Translations under genes and position numbers: made by a program
DNA from: an uncultured Candidatus Saccharibacteria bacterium
Lineage (GTDB): Bacteria > Patescibacteriota > Saccharimonadia > CAZBQI01
Length of the DNA stretch: 64,000 bases
Assembly: GCA_964494105.1 (NCBI GenBank)
Contig: CAZBQI010000005.1
Coordinates: 10,646-74,645, forward strand
Direction of reading: 5' to 3'
Notes under the pieces: model-generated
Seen by the model: only the letters and a program-made list of their open reading frames with translations
Databases searched by the model: none
Told to the model about the DNA's origin: nothing
Part shown: in pieces, positions 20,158-29,984 of the stretch
How the letters are laid out: each line of letters starts with the position of its first letter
How positions within the stretch are numbered: the first letter of the stretch is position 1

Positions 20158-21613
20158 GCCAACAATCCTGACTATTTTTGGGATTAGTGGAAATTTATCG
20201 CGCATCAAACTCCTGCCGGCTTTGTACCAGCTAGAAGCCACCAATCAACTCCCGGTCGACTTCTATATAGTGGGGATAACTCGTCGCCACCTGGATGTGT
20301 CCCAACTGGCGAGCGATTTGACGGCTGAACTCAAAACAAGCGGAATTAGTGCTGATAAGGCTGTCGTAAAAAAACTCTTCACGAGGTTTTACATCGGCAA
20401 TTTTGAGATTACTAAAGATGCCGATTATATTGGCTTGAGGGAGTATCTAAACAATATCGAAAATGAAAAAGGCATGTGCTTTAACCGGCTATTCTATTTA
20501 GCTATTCCTCCGGCCCTGTTCTCAGACATAGTAAAGAAAATTGGATTCGGCGGACTGCACAAAGGCTGTCAGCACAAAACACACGAAAGCAGACTGCTAA
20601 TCGAAAAACCATTCGGCTTTGACTTATCGAGCGCCCGCGAACTTATAAGTGTAATCGGCAAGTTCTTTAAAGAGTCTCAAGTTTATCGCATCGATCATTA
20701 TCTTGCCAAAGAAACGGTTATGAATATACTGCGTTTTCGGCACGAACACCCGGAAATCGAATCACTCTGGAACAAAAACTACGTAAGTCACGTCCAAATA
20801 ACTGCTGCCGAAGATATCGGCATAGGTTCCAGAGCAGATTTTTTTGAACAAACCGGAGCTTTGCGCGATATGGTGCAAAGCCACCTACTGCAAATTCTGG
20901 CTCTAGTTGCCATGGATTTACCAAATAAAAGCGATTCGAGAACTATCCACCAAAAACGACTCGAAGTACTAACTAATCTAAAAGCCATAAAGCCGAATGA
21001 AGTAAACGAGCACGTAGTTAGAGGGCAATTCACTGAAGGTAAAATCAAGCAACAGTCAGTAGCTGGTTACCGCCAGGAAATTAATTCTCCAAGCACCAAA
21101 ACCGAAACATTTGTAGCTCTGCAACTTTATATAAACCAGCCAATTTGGCAAAAAGTACCATTCTATATTCGAGCCGGTAAGCGCTTACCAGAGAAATTAA
21201 CAGATATAACATTGGTCTTTAAAGGTAGTAACGATAATAGCGAAACAAACACACTTTCTATTCGAATTCATCCCACTCAAGGAATTGCTGTTAACGTGGC
21301 CACGACATCACCAGCTAAGCGAAAAATCCGAATCCAAGAATGCTACAATCTCGATAGTAATAAATTAAAGTTAGACGCTCATGCGCGACTACTGCTAAAC
21401 GCCGCCCAAGGAGACCAGACACTATTCCCATCTAGCGAAGAGGTTTTGGCTTCATGGAGCTTTATTCAGCCAGTACTAAATGAGTGGGGGAAAAATTATC
21501 GTTCGCTCGAATTTTATTCAGCTGGGAGCTGGGGACCAGCAGGTTCAAGCCGACTACTTGTCCCTGAGCATCACGAATGGTTGGCATCAAAAATTAATGT
21601 ATGCCCAGTGTGA
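20132..21613 (+). CDS. zwf: Glucose-6-phosphate 1-dehydrogenase
   Basis: FYLAIPP, EKPFG, RIDHYLAKE, GALRDMVQSHLLQ, VPFYIRAGK. Confidence 0.95.
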   Translation: MISTQKTVKPTILTIFGISGNLSRIKLLPALYQLEATNQLPVDFYIVGITRRHLDVSQLASDLTAELKTSGISADKAVVKKLFTRFYIGNFEITKDADYIGLREYLNNIENEKGMCFNRLFYLAIPPALFSDIVKKIGFGGLHKGCQHKTHESRLLIEKPFGFDLSSARELISVIGKFFKESQVYRIDHYLAKETVMNILRFRHEHPEIESLWNKNYVSHVQITAAEDIGIGSRADFFEQTGALRDMVQSHLLQILALVAMDLPNKSDSRTIHQKRLEVLTNLKAIKPNEVNEHVVRGQFTEGKIKQQSVAGYRQEINSPSTKTETFVALQLYINQPIWQKVPFYIRAGKRLPEKLTDITLVFKGSNDNSETNTLSIRIHPTQGIAVNVATTSPAKRKIRIQECYNLDSNKLKLDAHARLLLNAAQGDQTLFPSSEEVLASWSFIQPVLNEWGKNYRSLEFYSAGSWGPAGSSRLLVPEHHEWLASKINVCPV

Positions 21614-21993
21614 TGCTAGATAAGGAATTCGGTGATTTAGTCCAGCTAGGTATCGAGGCTGTTCCTTTAGAATTTAGAAGAAAAATAAACAATGTTGCGA
21701 TTACGTTTGCAGATGAGCCCAGTAGGGAACAGCTCATTAGCAATAATGTACCCGCAGGTAGTACTTTGTTTGGCCTATACGAAGGGATACCTTTAACTGC
21801 TCGCGGAGGTAACTACACGATGGTCGTGCCCGATCGCATTACAATTTTTAAAAAACCAATCCTCAATGCATCTCAAGGTAATCTACAGCGTACTAAAGAT
21901 ATCGTTATCGAGACAGTCTGGCACGAAGTTGGGCATCATTTTGGTCTGAGCGAAAACCAAATCCGGAGCTTAACCGAAAAGCGAAAACAATGA
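21601..21993 (+). CDS. Zincin-like metallopeptidase (DUF1025 type)
   Basis: LFGLYEGIPL, PDRITIF, HEVGHHFG. Confidence 0.88.
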   Translation: MPSVMLDKEFGDLVQLGIEAVPLEFRRKINNVAITFADEPSREQLISNNVPAGSTLFGLYEGIPLTARGGNYTMVVPDRITIFKKPILNASQGNLQRTKDIVIETVWHEVGHHFGLSENQIRSLTEKRKQ

Positions 21994-22035
21994 CCATCAT
22001 TTCTGTTGTAGCTGACTATACGGAGATTATATAAA

Positions 22036-23100
22036 GTGAATGCCGTAAAAAAAATTGGAATAGCTTTCGTATCACTTATGCTATTTTTACTAATAAGTAA
22101 TGGGGTTCTGCTTGTTGCATTCTCCCAAGTAATAACAAATCGTGACCAGGTCAAGATAATTGCCACCAATAGGGCAACCTATACTGCGTTCACCGAGACG
22201 CTTACCCAGGAAAAAGCGGGCTCAAATAATCAAAAGCTACCTAATGACACCCAGTCTACTATTGAAAACGTAGCTATTACAAAACTGGTAAAGAAGTATC
22301 TAACCCCACAGAACTACAACCGAATTGTGGTTAGCATAGTAGATTCTACATATGATTGGCTAGAAGGAAAATCCGAACAGCCTGAGTTTAATATCAACTT
22401 AGCGCCCGACAGATCTGAATTTCAGAGATTTATCGTACAAGTTTACACCGAAAGATACATGGCTCTACCGGACTGCACAACGTCAACTGACCTGTCCTTA
22501 TATAATCCCCTCGAAGCAACCTGCAAAATTGAAGGCTATAGTGCAGAATCAGTACAGACATATATAAACGATTTGGCAGATACACCAGAGCTAAATGAAT
22601 TATACGGAAACGCTTCAGTTAATTCTGAGCTAATATTTGGAGAATTAAGTGCCGGTTCCACCGACAAATTTAGGGGCTGGTACAATACCCTAAAACTAAT
22701 ACCGATAATCTTTGGTTTTCTATTAATAATTTTAATCGGATTGATTTTCTTAATAACTTCTAACTGGCGAAATGGGATTAAATACTCGGCTAAGGCGATT
22801 ATGATTCCTAGTCTTTTTACACTGGCTTCAACCCTTATATTTAGCTACTTTGCAAAGCCTGTTATCTTGGAGAATCTAGTGATTAATTCCAACCAAGATT
22901 CACTTCGTGAGGTGTTATCCTTTGCGATAAGTCAGATAACTAATTTAGCCATAATCTATAGCGCCATCCTAAGCATACTGAGCGCGGTCATACTGGTTGT
23001 CGTGTATTTTGTCCGACGTAAAGAACCAGAAGCAAACCGGGAGAATCCAATATCTAGCGTGCATAAAGACAACAATGATTCTACGGCACAAACACTCTAA
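22036..23100 (+). CDS. Hypothetical membrane protein
   Basis: N-terminal TM, large loop with a Cys pair, 3 C-terminal TM segments. Confidence 0.7.
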   Translation: MNAVKKIGIAFVSLMLFLLISNGVLLVAFSQVITNRDQVKIIATNRATYTAFTETLTQEKAGSNNQKLPNDTQSTIENVAITKLVKKYLTPQNYNRIVVSIVDSTYDWLEGKSEQPEFNINLAPDRSEFQRFIVQVYTERYMALPDCTTSTDLSLYNPLEATCKIEGYSAESVQTYINDLADTPELNELYGNASVNSELIFGELSAGSTDKFRGWYNTLKLIPIIFGFLLIILIGLIFLITSNWRNGIKYSAKAIMIPSLFTLASTLIFSYFAKPVILENLVINSNQDSLREVLSFAISQITNLAIIYSAILSILSAVILVVVYFVRRKEPEANRENPISSVHKDNNDSTAQTL

Positions 23101-23311
23101 TTGTTTTTCCATTCTGAATAGCAGCCTGCATTTGCGCTGTTATTCGAGCCGGTAGCTCAAAAGTAACTTCGGCGTTTCCTCGGCCATAGCGACGCACTTT
23201 TGCACCATAATAAGTGCGTGGCAATCGTGCGCCAAGCAATCTCCTAAAAATACTTTTTGAAGAAGGCACCGATGATATTACAAAATCTTGATAGTTTGTT
23301 TTTATGCGCAT
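23081..23311 (-). CDS. Small basic hypothetical protein
   Basis: 76 aa; GGAGG RBS and a strong promoter upstream. Confidence 0.65.
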   Translation of the reverse strand: MRIKTNYQDFVISSVPSSKSIFRRLLGARLPRTYYGAKVRRYGRGNAEVTFELPARITAQMQAAIQNGKTIRVFVP

Positions 23312-23340
23312 AGTGCCCTCCGTTATTAGTTGTTGTAACT

Positions 23341-23370
23341 AGTATAAACCGAACACAAACCGAACGTCAA
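23341..23370 (-). promoter_or_regulatory. Promoter TTGACG-18-TATACT with a TTCGG-N6-TTCGG direct-repeat operator in the spacer
   Basis: Minus strand reads TTGACG TTCGG TTTGTG TTCGG TT TATACT. Confidence 0.75.
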
Positions 23371-23378
23371 GTTGTTTA

Positions 23379-23978
23379 TTATGGTTTTGCAGAAATTGAC
23401 AAAAAGTGAAGATCTTCGTCTTTAACTCTTCTGCGTGCGCTTATTTCGGCAGCAATTTCTAAAGGATTAAGAAAATTAGTTCCGGCAAGTGGCACTACTA
23501 CGTGAGCGGCCGCATCTACTATTTTTGTTGCTGTGTTCTCGGGTATGCCACGTAACTGTCTGTACAACGCTAGACCCGCAAGACCGCCCAGTTGACGATA
23601 AAAATTCATATCGCGCACACCGTTATCCGACATTGCGTCCTGAATAAAGTGCTCTGTTTCATGCAATAGCACACGATTTACCATTGCTGTTGGGTCAAAC
23701 AACTTGCGCATTTTCCAGGCAGGCTCAAAACACATCCTCATACGACCATCTCGAAAGTTGTAAGTGCCACCAGGCACAGGCTTGTACATGTGCCTATGCA
23801 TTTCGAACACAAGACCCTCAATTTTCTCATCACTGACATTTCTGCTTGCAAGATATTCAGAATATCCATCTCGGTTAAAGCCTACTTCATATGGCGCACC
23901 ATCTAATAGGCCATCTACATAAAGCTGGGGGCGCCCAGACTGATTAGGGACTAGCAATAACTCTGCAGACTGCATCAT
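23379..23978 (-). CDS. Orphan putative zinc metallopeptidase
   Basis: LLHETEHF (HExxH) and a downstream PLEIAAE; own promoter. Confidence 0.6.
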   Translation of the reverse strand: MMQSAELLLVPNQSGRPQLYVDGLLDGAPYEVGFNRDGYSEYLASRNVSDEKIEGLVFEMHRHMYKPVPGGTYNFRDGRMRMCFEPAWKMRKLFDPTAMVNRVLLHETEHFIQDAMSDNGVRDMNFYRQLGGLAGLALYRQLRGIPENTATKIVDAAAHVVVPLAGTNFLNPLEIAAEISARRRVKDEDLHFLSISAKP

Positions 23979-24020
23979 AAACTATATCATAGCATATTTT
24001 ATACTTATTTGCAATTCCTA

Positions 24021-25103
24021 CTACTGTTGCTGAGGTGGTAAATCGTTAGTTGTTTTGCTAAAAATGTTGCGTACAAATTCTTTAATTTCTGTAAAGTTAC
24101 CTACGCCTTCTCGAGGTATAAGGCCATAACCGTAGCGTGGTGAGGCTACAAGTAGATTAGAACTATCAATAACGTGCCGAGTAACGGCATTCGGCTGTAA
24201 TTCGCGAGAAATTTGGCCTAGTTTAGCCATTTCGCGAAGACTCAAGTCTGTCTTAAAATGATCCTTCAAGGTTGTCTGTAATTTGGCAATTTCGGTTGGG
24301 TTTGTAAACAACCTTGAGCTTAAAACCTTATCTTTAAAGGCTACTGCAACTTGCTGCTGACGAGCTGCTCGATCGAAATCACTAGTTGTCTGTCTTGAGC
24401 GAGCATAAGCCAGAGCTTGCTCACCATTTAAATGCTGTGGGCCAGTCGAAATAGAAAATGGTGCGTAACCACTGGAGTAGTCCGGATAGTAAGGATCCTC
24501 TATAGCGGTTTTTACATCAACATCTACGCCACCGACTGCATTTATCACTTCTTTAAAGCCGGTGAAATCCATAACAACATAGTAGTGAATAGGTAGGTCA
24601 AGAGTTTGCTCGACAACTTTTTTGCTAAGAGCCGGGCCGCCACCCGGGTAATCATTATTTTGCCCATAGGTGTAGGCAGCATTAATCTTGCTTGATCCGA
24701 ATCCCGGAATATCGACATACATGTCCCTTGGCAAACTTACCATAGCTACTTTATAAGGTTCGTCCTTCTTGGTACTAATGCTAACGACCATAATTGTGTC
24801 ACTCAAGGTGGCCGCATCATCCACGCCAAGTACCATTATATTGACTCTGCCGGCGCGTTCACCGTTTAAAGTAGTTTGATCAACGTAAAAATATAAAGCC
24901 GCAGCAACTGCAGCCGCCAACAGAACCAGGATAAAGAATGTGGCTATTATCCTACGTCGCCAGCGATGGGGCTTTTTTGGTTGCTCAAATGACTGCGAGG
25001 TGTCTGCTTGATAACCTTCAGGGTTATAGCTAGAAGTAGTAGGGTCGTTGTAGTTTTGAGTTGTTCGATGTCGAACGTTTCGTCTTTCGCGTGATCTAAA
25101 CAT
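24021..25103 (-). CDS. LCP (LytR-CpsA-Psr) family cell-wall glycopolymer ligase
   Basis: SDTIMV, SLPRD, KINAAY, ALAYARSR, SDFDRAARQQ. Confidence 0.95.
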   Translation of the reverse strand: MFRSRERRNVRHRTTQNYNDPTTSSYNPEGYQADTSQSFEQPKKPHRWRRRIIATFFILVLLAAAVAAALYFYVDQTTLNGERAGRVNIMVLGVDDAATLSDTIMVVSISTKKDEPYKVAMVSLPRDMYVDIPGFGSSKINAAYTYGQNNDYPGGGPALSKKVVEQTLDLPIHYYVVMDFTGFKEVINAVGGVDVDVKTAIEDPYYPDYSSGYAPFSISTGPQHLNGEQALAYARSRQTTSDFDRAARQQQVAVAFKDKVLSSRLFTNPTEIAKLQTTLKDHFKTDLSLREMAKLGQISRELQPNAVTRHVIDSSNLLVASPRYGYGLIPREGVGNFTEIKEFVRNIFSKTTNDLPPQQQ

Positions 25104-25283
25104 AATTATTGCGTTAGTATAGCATTTTTAGGCAATATTTAGCTTTCGATTCATTGGGCTTGCATTTCACAGACTAGAATTGTATAGTTCATAAACAGTA
25201 GAGAGAGCGCACGGAGTCAAAAACAAAAATGTGCCCGGGAGCCTGGTCGAACTACTAGAATTATTAAGATAATCGGAAATAAC

Positions 25284-25544
25284 ATGGCAACTAAACTATA
25301 CATTGGTGGGTTAGCATATAGCACCACCGAAGACGCCCTAAAAGCTGCTTTCGAGCAAGCTGGTGGGGTAGCTTCTGTCAACATCATCAAAGATCGTGAC
25401 ACAGGAAACTCTAAAGGCTTTGGTTTTGTCGAAATGGAAAACGACGAAGCTGCAAAAAAAGCAATTGAGATGTTCAACGGTCAAGAAGTTGACGGCCGAC
25501 GCGTTCGCGTTGACGAAGCTCGCCCAATGGCACCTCGCGACTGA
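25284..25544 (+). CDS. RRM-domain RNA-binding protein
   Basis: RNP2 LYIGGL and RNP1 KGFGFVEM. Confidence 0.95.
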   Translation: MATKLYIGGLAYSTTEDALKAAFEQAGGVASVNIIKDRDTGNSKGFGFVEMENDEAAKKAIEMFNGQEVDGRRVRVDEARPMAPRD

Positions 25545-25571
25545 GTTCACTCCTTAGTTAAGAGCTAGTAG

Positions 25572-25603
25572 ATACCGGATCTGTTTAGATCCGGTATTTT
25601 TTT
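25572..25603 (+). terminator. Intrinsic terminator
   Basis: ATACCGGATCT-GTTT-AGATCCGGTAT followed by a T run. Confidence 0.92.
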
Positions 25604-25708
25604 GGTTAATAATACGAAATGCGAGCAAATTGTGATTTGTTACGTCAACTATTGCCAATCATGCCTTTAGCTTCCTGCGATGCCTATATACTTTGATATG
25701 ATTACAAT

Positions 25709-25996
25709 ATGGCATCCGCATCATCAAACCAATGCTATCAAATAAGTGCGTATGGGCAGGTCCAGGGCGTTGGATTCCGTAAAACAGCCTATAAGCAAGC
25801 CAAAGCACTTGATTTGCTTGGTTTTGTCGAGAATCGCCCCGACGGCAGTGTCCTAATAGAGATTGAGGGTGAACAAGCCAAAACAGGCGACTTCATTAAC
25901 TGGTGCCTGACAGGACCTCTGCATCGGTTTATTGAGGATTTCAATTACAAAGAAGTACCCTTGCGAAGCTACGTTTCGTTCGATATTAAGGTCTAG
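25709..25996 (+). CDS. acyP: Acylphosphatase
   Basis: GQVQGVGFR, GFVENRPDGSV. Confidence 0.93.
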   Translation: MASASSNQCYQISAYGQVQGVGFRKTAYKQAKALDLLGFVENRPDGSVLIEIEGEQAKTGDFINWCLTGPLHRFIEDFNYKEVPLRSYVSFDIKV

Positions 25997-26010
25997 GCTA
26001 TACTGAGAAT

Positions 26011-26313
26011 ATGGTAAAACTTATTAAAGACGAAGCATTAGCGAAACGCTTCGAATCACTTGAGTTCAACTGGGAGCACGTGGAAAACTCATTAGTGATA
26101 AGAATCGAAGTCAAAGATTTTGCCGAGGCAATGTGGGTTGTAAATGAAGTCGCCCAAGTAGCAGAGGAGCTTAATCACCACCCCGATATCCACCTATATA
26201 ACTACAACAAAATTGACATAACCACCTCTACACATAGTGCAAATGGCATTACCGAAAAAGATTTTTCCCTGGCTGAAAGAATTGAAGGCATAATTACCCG
26301 CATTAAAAACTAG
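26011..26313 (+). CDS. Pterin-4-alpha-carbinolamine dehydratase
   Basis: AEELNHHPDI, TH...GITEKDF.LA. Confidence 0.92.
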   Translation: MVKLIKDEALAKRFESLEFNWEHVENSLVIRIEVKDFAEAMWVVNEVAQVAEELNHHPDIHLYNYNKIDITTSTHSANGITEKDFSLAERIEGIITRIKN

Positions 26314-26331
26314 ACTTGGTATACTGAAAGC

Positions 26332-26898
26332 ATGTTTGAAGATTTTAATAGCAAACAAAGTGTCGTTGTGGTATATACCGGTGAAGGCAAAGGAAAAACT
26401 AGCGCTTCACTTGGCCTATTGGTTCGCGCCTTAGGTTCTGGGATGCGCTGTTCTTTCATACAGTTTATTAAGTACTGGAACGTAGGAGAGCATAATTTTC
26501 TTCGGCAAATTAGCAAGCTGTACGGAGACAATTTAGAGTTCTATAAGGGCGGACTAGGTTTTTTTAACGCTCAAGATATGAGCGCTAAAGGCGTCACCCC
26601 CGAACAACACCGGCAAATCGCTCAAGACACATATTCACATGCTCTTGATTCCAGCGAGAATGGGGAATTCGACCTGGTGATATGCGACGAAATAAGCAAT
26701 GCAGTCCACGACGGCCTGGTAAGTAAAAAACAATTAGAGCTACTAATAAAAAGTAAGCATCCGAAAACAAATCTATGCATTACCGGTCGTGATTTTCCAG
26801 AAGATTTTTTGGTACTTGCTGATATCGCCACCAACATGACTAAGCTTAAACACCATTTCGACGAGAAGTTCATAGCGAATAAGGGAATAGACTACTAG
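26332..26898 (+). CDS. Cob(I)alamin adenosyltransferase (BtuR/CobO type)
   Basis: YTGEGKGKTSASLG, QFIK, DE, TGR, GIDY. Confidence 0.92.
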   Translation: MFEDFNSKQSVVVVYTGEGKGKTSASLGLLVRALGSGMRCSFIQFIKYWNVGEHNFLRQISKLYGDNLEFYKGGLGFFNAQDMSAKGVTPEQHRQIAQDTYSHALDSSENGEFDLVICDEISNAVHDGLVSKKQLELLIKSKHPKTNLCITGRDFPEDFLVLADIATNMTKLKHHFDEKFIANKGIDY

Positions 26899-26970
26899 GC
26901 TAAAGGGGACTATTTACCATAATTACAAAAGGAAGTGTTAGTAATATATGATATGTAGTAAGTAGTAAGT

Positions 26971-27552
26971 ATGAAAAGCCAGTTTAAATTAACAAAACGA
27001 CAATCCAAGGTTCTGATTGCTACGGCACTATTAATTTTGATGCCGCTTCTAGGAATAGGGGTGACGAATAGTAACAACGTTCGCACCACGTTTACAAATG
27101 CCAATCCGGGGCTCTACGAGGTAGCTAAAATATCTGATGGCGATACGATAGTAGTTAAGATAGACGGCAAAGAAGATACCATTAGAATGATCGGCGTAGA
27201 TACGCCCGAAACCCATCATCCTAAGAAGCCAGTGCAGTGTTTTGGCATGGCCGCCTCATCATTTACAAAAAACCTGATCGGCGATAGCCGCGTTCGTTTA
27301 GAGGCAGACCCAGAGGATGATAACAAAGATATTTACGGGCGGTTACTTCGCTATGTTTACCTGCCAAATGGAACACTGGTAAACAAAGAGATAGTGACTC
27401 AAGGCTACGGCTTTGCCTATACAGTATTCCCGTTCACTAAACTTGAAGAATTTCGCGACGCCGGTCGAGAGGCGAGGGATTCAAAGCGAGGATTATGGAG
27501 TGGCTGCCAGGTAGAGAACGAGGGAGATACTTTTTCTACTGGTGCAGAGTGA
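26971..27552 (+). CDS. Membrane-anchored thermonuclease (SNase-like)
   Basis: DGDT, RMIGVDTPE, DIYGRLLRYV, RGLW. Confidence 0.93.
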   Translation: MKSQFKLTKRQSKVLIATALLILMPLLGIGVTNSNNVRTTFTNANPGLYEVAKISDGDTIVVKIDGKEDTIRMIGVDTPETHHPKKPVQCFGMAASSFTKNLIGDSRVRLEADPEDDNKDIYGRLLRYVYLPNGTLVNKEIVTQGYGFAYTVFPFTKLEEFRDAGREARDSKRGLWSGCQVENEGDTFSTGAE

Positions 27553-28789
27553 TTACCTTTCTATATAGCCCTTCTAGCTCCTTTGCCTGGCGTTTTGCCG
27601 TGTATTGGCTTGATATTTTTTTGCTGGCTCGCGACATTCGTTTTCTTAAGCGATCATTATTTAGTATTGTTATTAGTTTTGCAGAAAAATCCTTGGCGCT
27701 GTTGTTTGCAAACAAACCATTTACGTTTTGAGCCACTACAGATGTTATATCCTTATCTACCATTACCACCGGCAAACCCGCATGAGTAGCTTCATGCAGT
27801 ACCAAGCCCTGGGTATCGGTGATCGATGGAAATGCAAATACCTTTGCCAATTGATATATGCTACCCAAATGTTCATGCGGTATCATACCGGTAAATACAA
27901 TGCGAGATCTGTATTTCATTGAGTCTGCTAGTTCTTCTAAAGACTCGCGGTAATCAAAATCGCCACAAATTAGTAATTTGGCTTCCGGTACCACGTCGGC
28001 AGTAATATCAAATGCTTTGATTAATAACTCAATGTTCTTTTCTTTGCCCAGCCGACCAACATACAGCACTACTTTGTGATTCGGCTGAATGTCAAACAGC
28101 TTTGTGTAATTTTCGATTTGCTGATTATTGACCGGTAACGAATCAACCCCATTAGGGATGGTGATTATTGGCTTAGAGATTCCGAAAGCCTTTAATTGTC
28201 GGTTCATTTTCTTAGACGGCGCAATCAGCCAATCGCATTGATCGTGTGCGACTCTCAAAGCTTGACCCAAAATGCGCTGACGCCATTCTTCGTCAACCTT
28301 CTGTCGCGTGATAATTTTTCGAAAAATGTCGCGCCAATGGCGAGCAGGATACTTCGAGATTAAAGGTAGTGCTGCCGGTAGCCAGATCAATGCAGCTGAA
28401 GACTTGGGGTAATACTGATAGTACTGATATGCGTCAGTGCAATATTGACCTATCAGAGGTGTGTTGTTTTTTATGGCTACATAAGCACCGAGCAACCCAA
28501 CCTGAAAGGGTGAGAAGAAATGTACAACATCTAGATTTAGCTGATTTATCTTTTTTACCTGAGATGGTGGAAAATAAAGGCTGGTCATGTTTTCTTTGTA
28601 AACAATGCCTTTGATTGCTGGAAATCTTATCACGTGTCCGTCGGCTTCTTTGTATCTAATACTGGGAGCCGGAGCAAAAACATAAACCGAATGACCCATT
28701 TTTTCTAACTCATATCGTGTGCTATCGACAGCATAAGAAATACCGTTTACTGCCGGGTGATAAGTGTCGGTAAATAATCCTATTCTCAT
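27536..28789 (-). CDS. GT4 glycosyltransferase (diacylglycerol glucosyltransferase-like)
   Basis: MRIGLFTDTYHP.VNG, VGRLGKEKN, TDTQGLVLHEA. Confidence 0.88.
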   Translation of the reverse strand: MRIGLFTDTYHPAVNGISYAVDSTRYELEKMGHSVYVFAPAPSIRYKEADGHVIRFPAIKGIVYKENMTSLYFPPSQVKKINQLNLDVVHFFSPFQVGLLGAYVAIKNNTPLIGQYCTDAYQYYQYYPKSSAALIWLPAALPLISKYPARHWRDIFRKIITRQKVDEEWRQRILGQALRVAHDQCDWLIAPSKKMNRQLKAFGISKPIITIPNGVDSLPVNNQQIENYTKLFDIQPNHKVVLYVGRLGKEKNIELLIKAFDITADVVPEAKLLICGDFDYRESLEELADSMKYRSRIVFTGMIPHEHLGSIYQLAKVFAFPSITDTQGLVLHEATHAGLPVVMVDKDITSVVAQNVNGLFANNSAKDFSAKLITILNNDRLRKRMSRASKKISSQYTAKRQAKELEGLYRKVITLHQ

Positions 28790-29961
28790 ATTGTTTTCTT
28801 TTTAGCCAAAACTTTATTATAAACTGATTCGTACTTTTTAAGCGTGGCTTGATTTGAATGGTCCCGAATTACGATCTTGCGGCTTTCGCGTCCAAAGCTT
28901 TTGTGAATAGCTCGATTTTGCAATATCTTGGCAAGCTCGCTCGCAAGCTGGTCTGAGTTCTCGTGTTCAAATAGATAGCCATTTTTACTATCCATGCACA
29001 GCTCTTTTAGAGCAGCTACATCAACTGCGACAACCGGCAGCCCGCTAGCCATAGCCTCTAGTAACACAATACTCTGGAGCTCAGCAGGAGAGGAAATAAC
29101 AAATACGCTTGCTAGGTTATAGATTGCTGGTTTGTCAGACTCGTCGATAAATCCAGTAAACTTAACGCTATCTTTTAGCTCGAGCTTGCCAACCAATGCC
29201 TTCAAAGATGGCCCAGCTTTACCAAAGCCGGCTATAACAAGCTGAGCGTCGGTTTTCTTAATTAGTTCTTGATGCGCCCTTATGATTACATCGATCCTTT
29301 TTTCACCATCAACTCGGCCCAAATAGAGAATAACCGGCTTCTTAACACTTATTCCATACTTTTTAGCAATATGTGAGCTTGGCAAACTAGGTGCAAACAC
29401 CTCAGTATTTACTCCGTTCGATATTGCTTCTGAGGGAGATTTTAGCCCAGCAATTCTTAACAACTCGACGGCTGTCGGAGTAGGGGACGTTACAAAGTCA
29501 CAACGGTTATGGAACCAGGCCAAATACTTCCAAATAAGCCATTTGGAAAAACGGCGTTTACCTGGAAAAGGAACGTTCAGCACCCAATTTTCCGGCATAA
29601 AATGATTCGTAGCGACTATTGGTATTTTGTAATGCTTAGCCCAGGCAAGGGTTGCCAGGCCCATCAAGCCGGCGTTATGAAGGTGAATCACATCTGGATT
29701 CATTTTTTTAATTATTACTGCGGCACTACGCCACGGCCAAAAACTAGCCCGGTATTTGCGATTAATTAAAAGCGTCAGCGACTTTTCACGGTAAATGGTG
29801 TAATTACCATCGTTTTCAGTGTAGGAATGTCGATATTTACCAGGAGCCCACACACTTATTGAGTGGCCGGCCTTTTCTAAGCCCTGCACTAATCGACGCT
29901 CAAAAAGAGCACCACCATCGGCATTCGGCCAGTAGCTTTCACTAACTAAAAGTATCTTCAC
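28786..29961 (-). CDS. GT4 glycosyltransferase
   Basis: ESYWP, TNHFMPEN, GRVDGEK, ELQSIVLLEAMASGLP. Confidence 0.9.
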   Translation of the reverse strand: MKILLVSESYWPNADGGALFERRLVQGLEKAGHSISVWAPGKYRHSYTENDGNYTIYREKSLTLLINRKYRASFWPWRSAAVIIKKMNPDVIHLHNAGLMGLATLAWAKHYKIPIVATNHFMPENWVLNVPFPGKRRFSKWLIWKYLAWFHNRCDFVTSPTPTAVELLRIAGLKSPSEAISNGVNTEVFAPSLPSSHIAKKYGISVKKPVILYLGRVDGEKRIDVIIRAHQELIKKTDAQLVIAGFGKAGPSLKALVGKLELKDSVKFTGFIDESDKPAIYNLASVFVISSPAELQSIVLLEAMASGLPVVAVDVAALKELCMDSKNGYLFEHENSDQLASELAKILQNRAIHKSFGRESRKIVIRDHSNQATLKKYESVYNKVLAKKKTI

Positions 29962-29984
29962 GTTTAGTTATGAGTATAGCAAAG

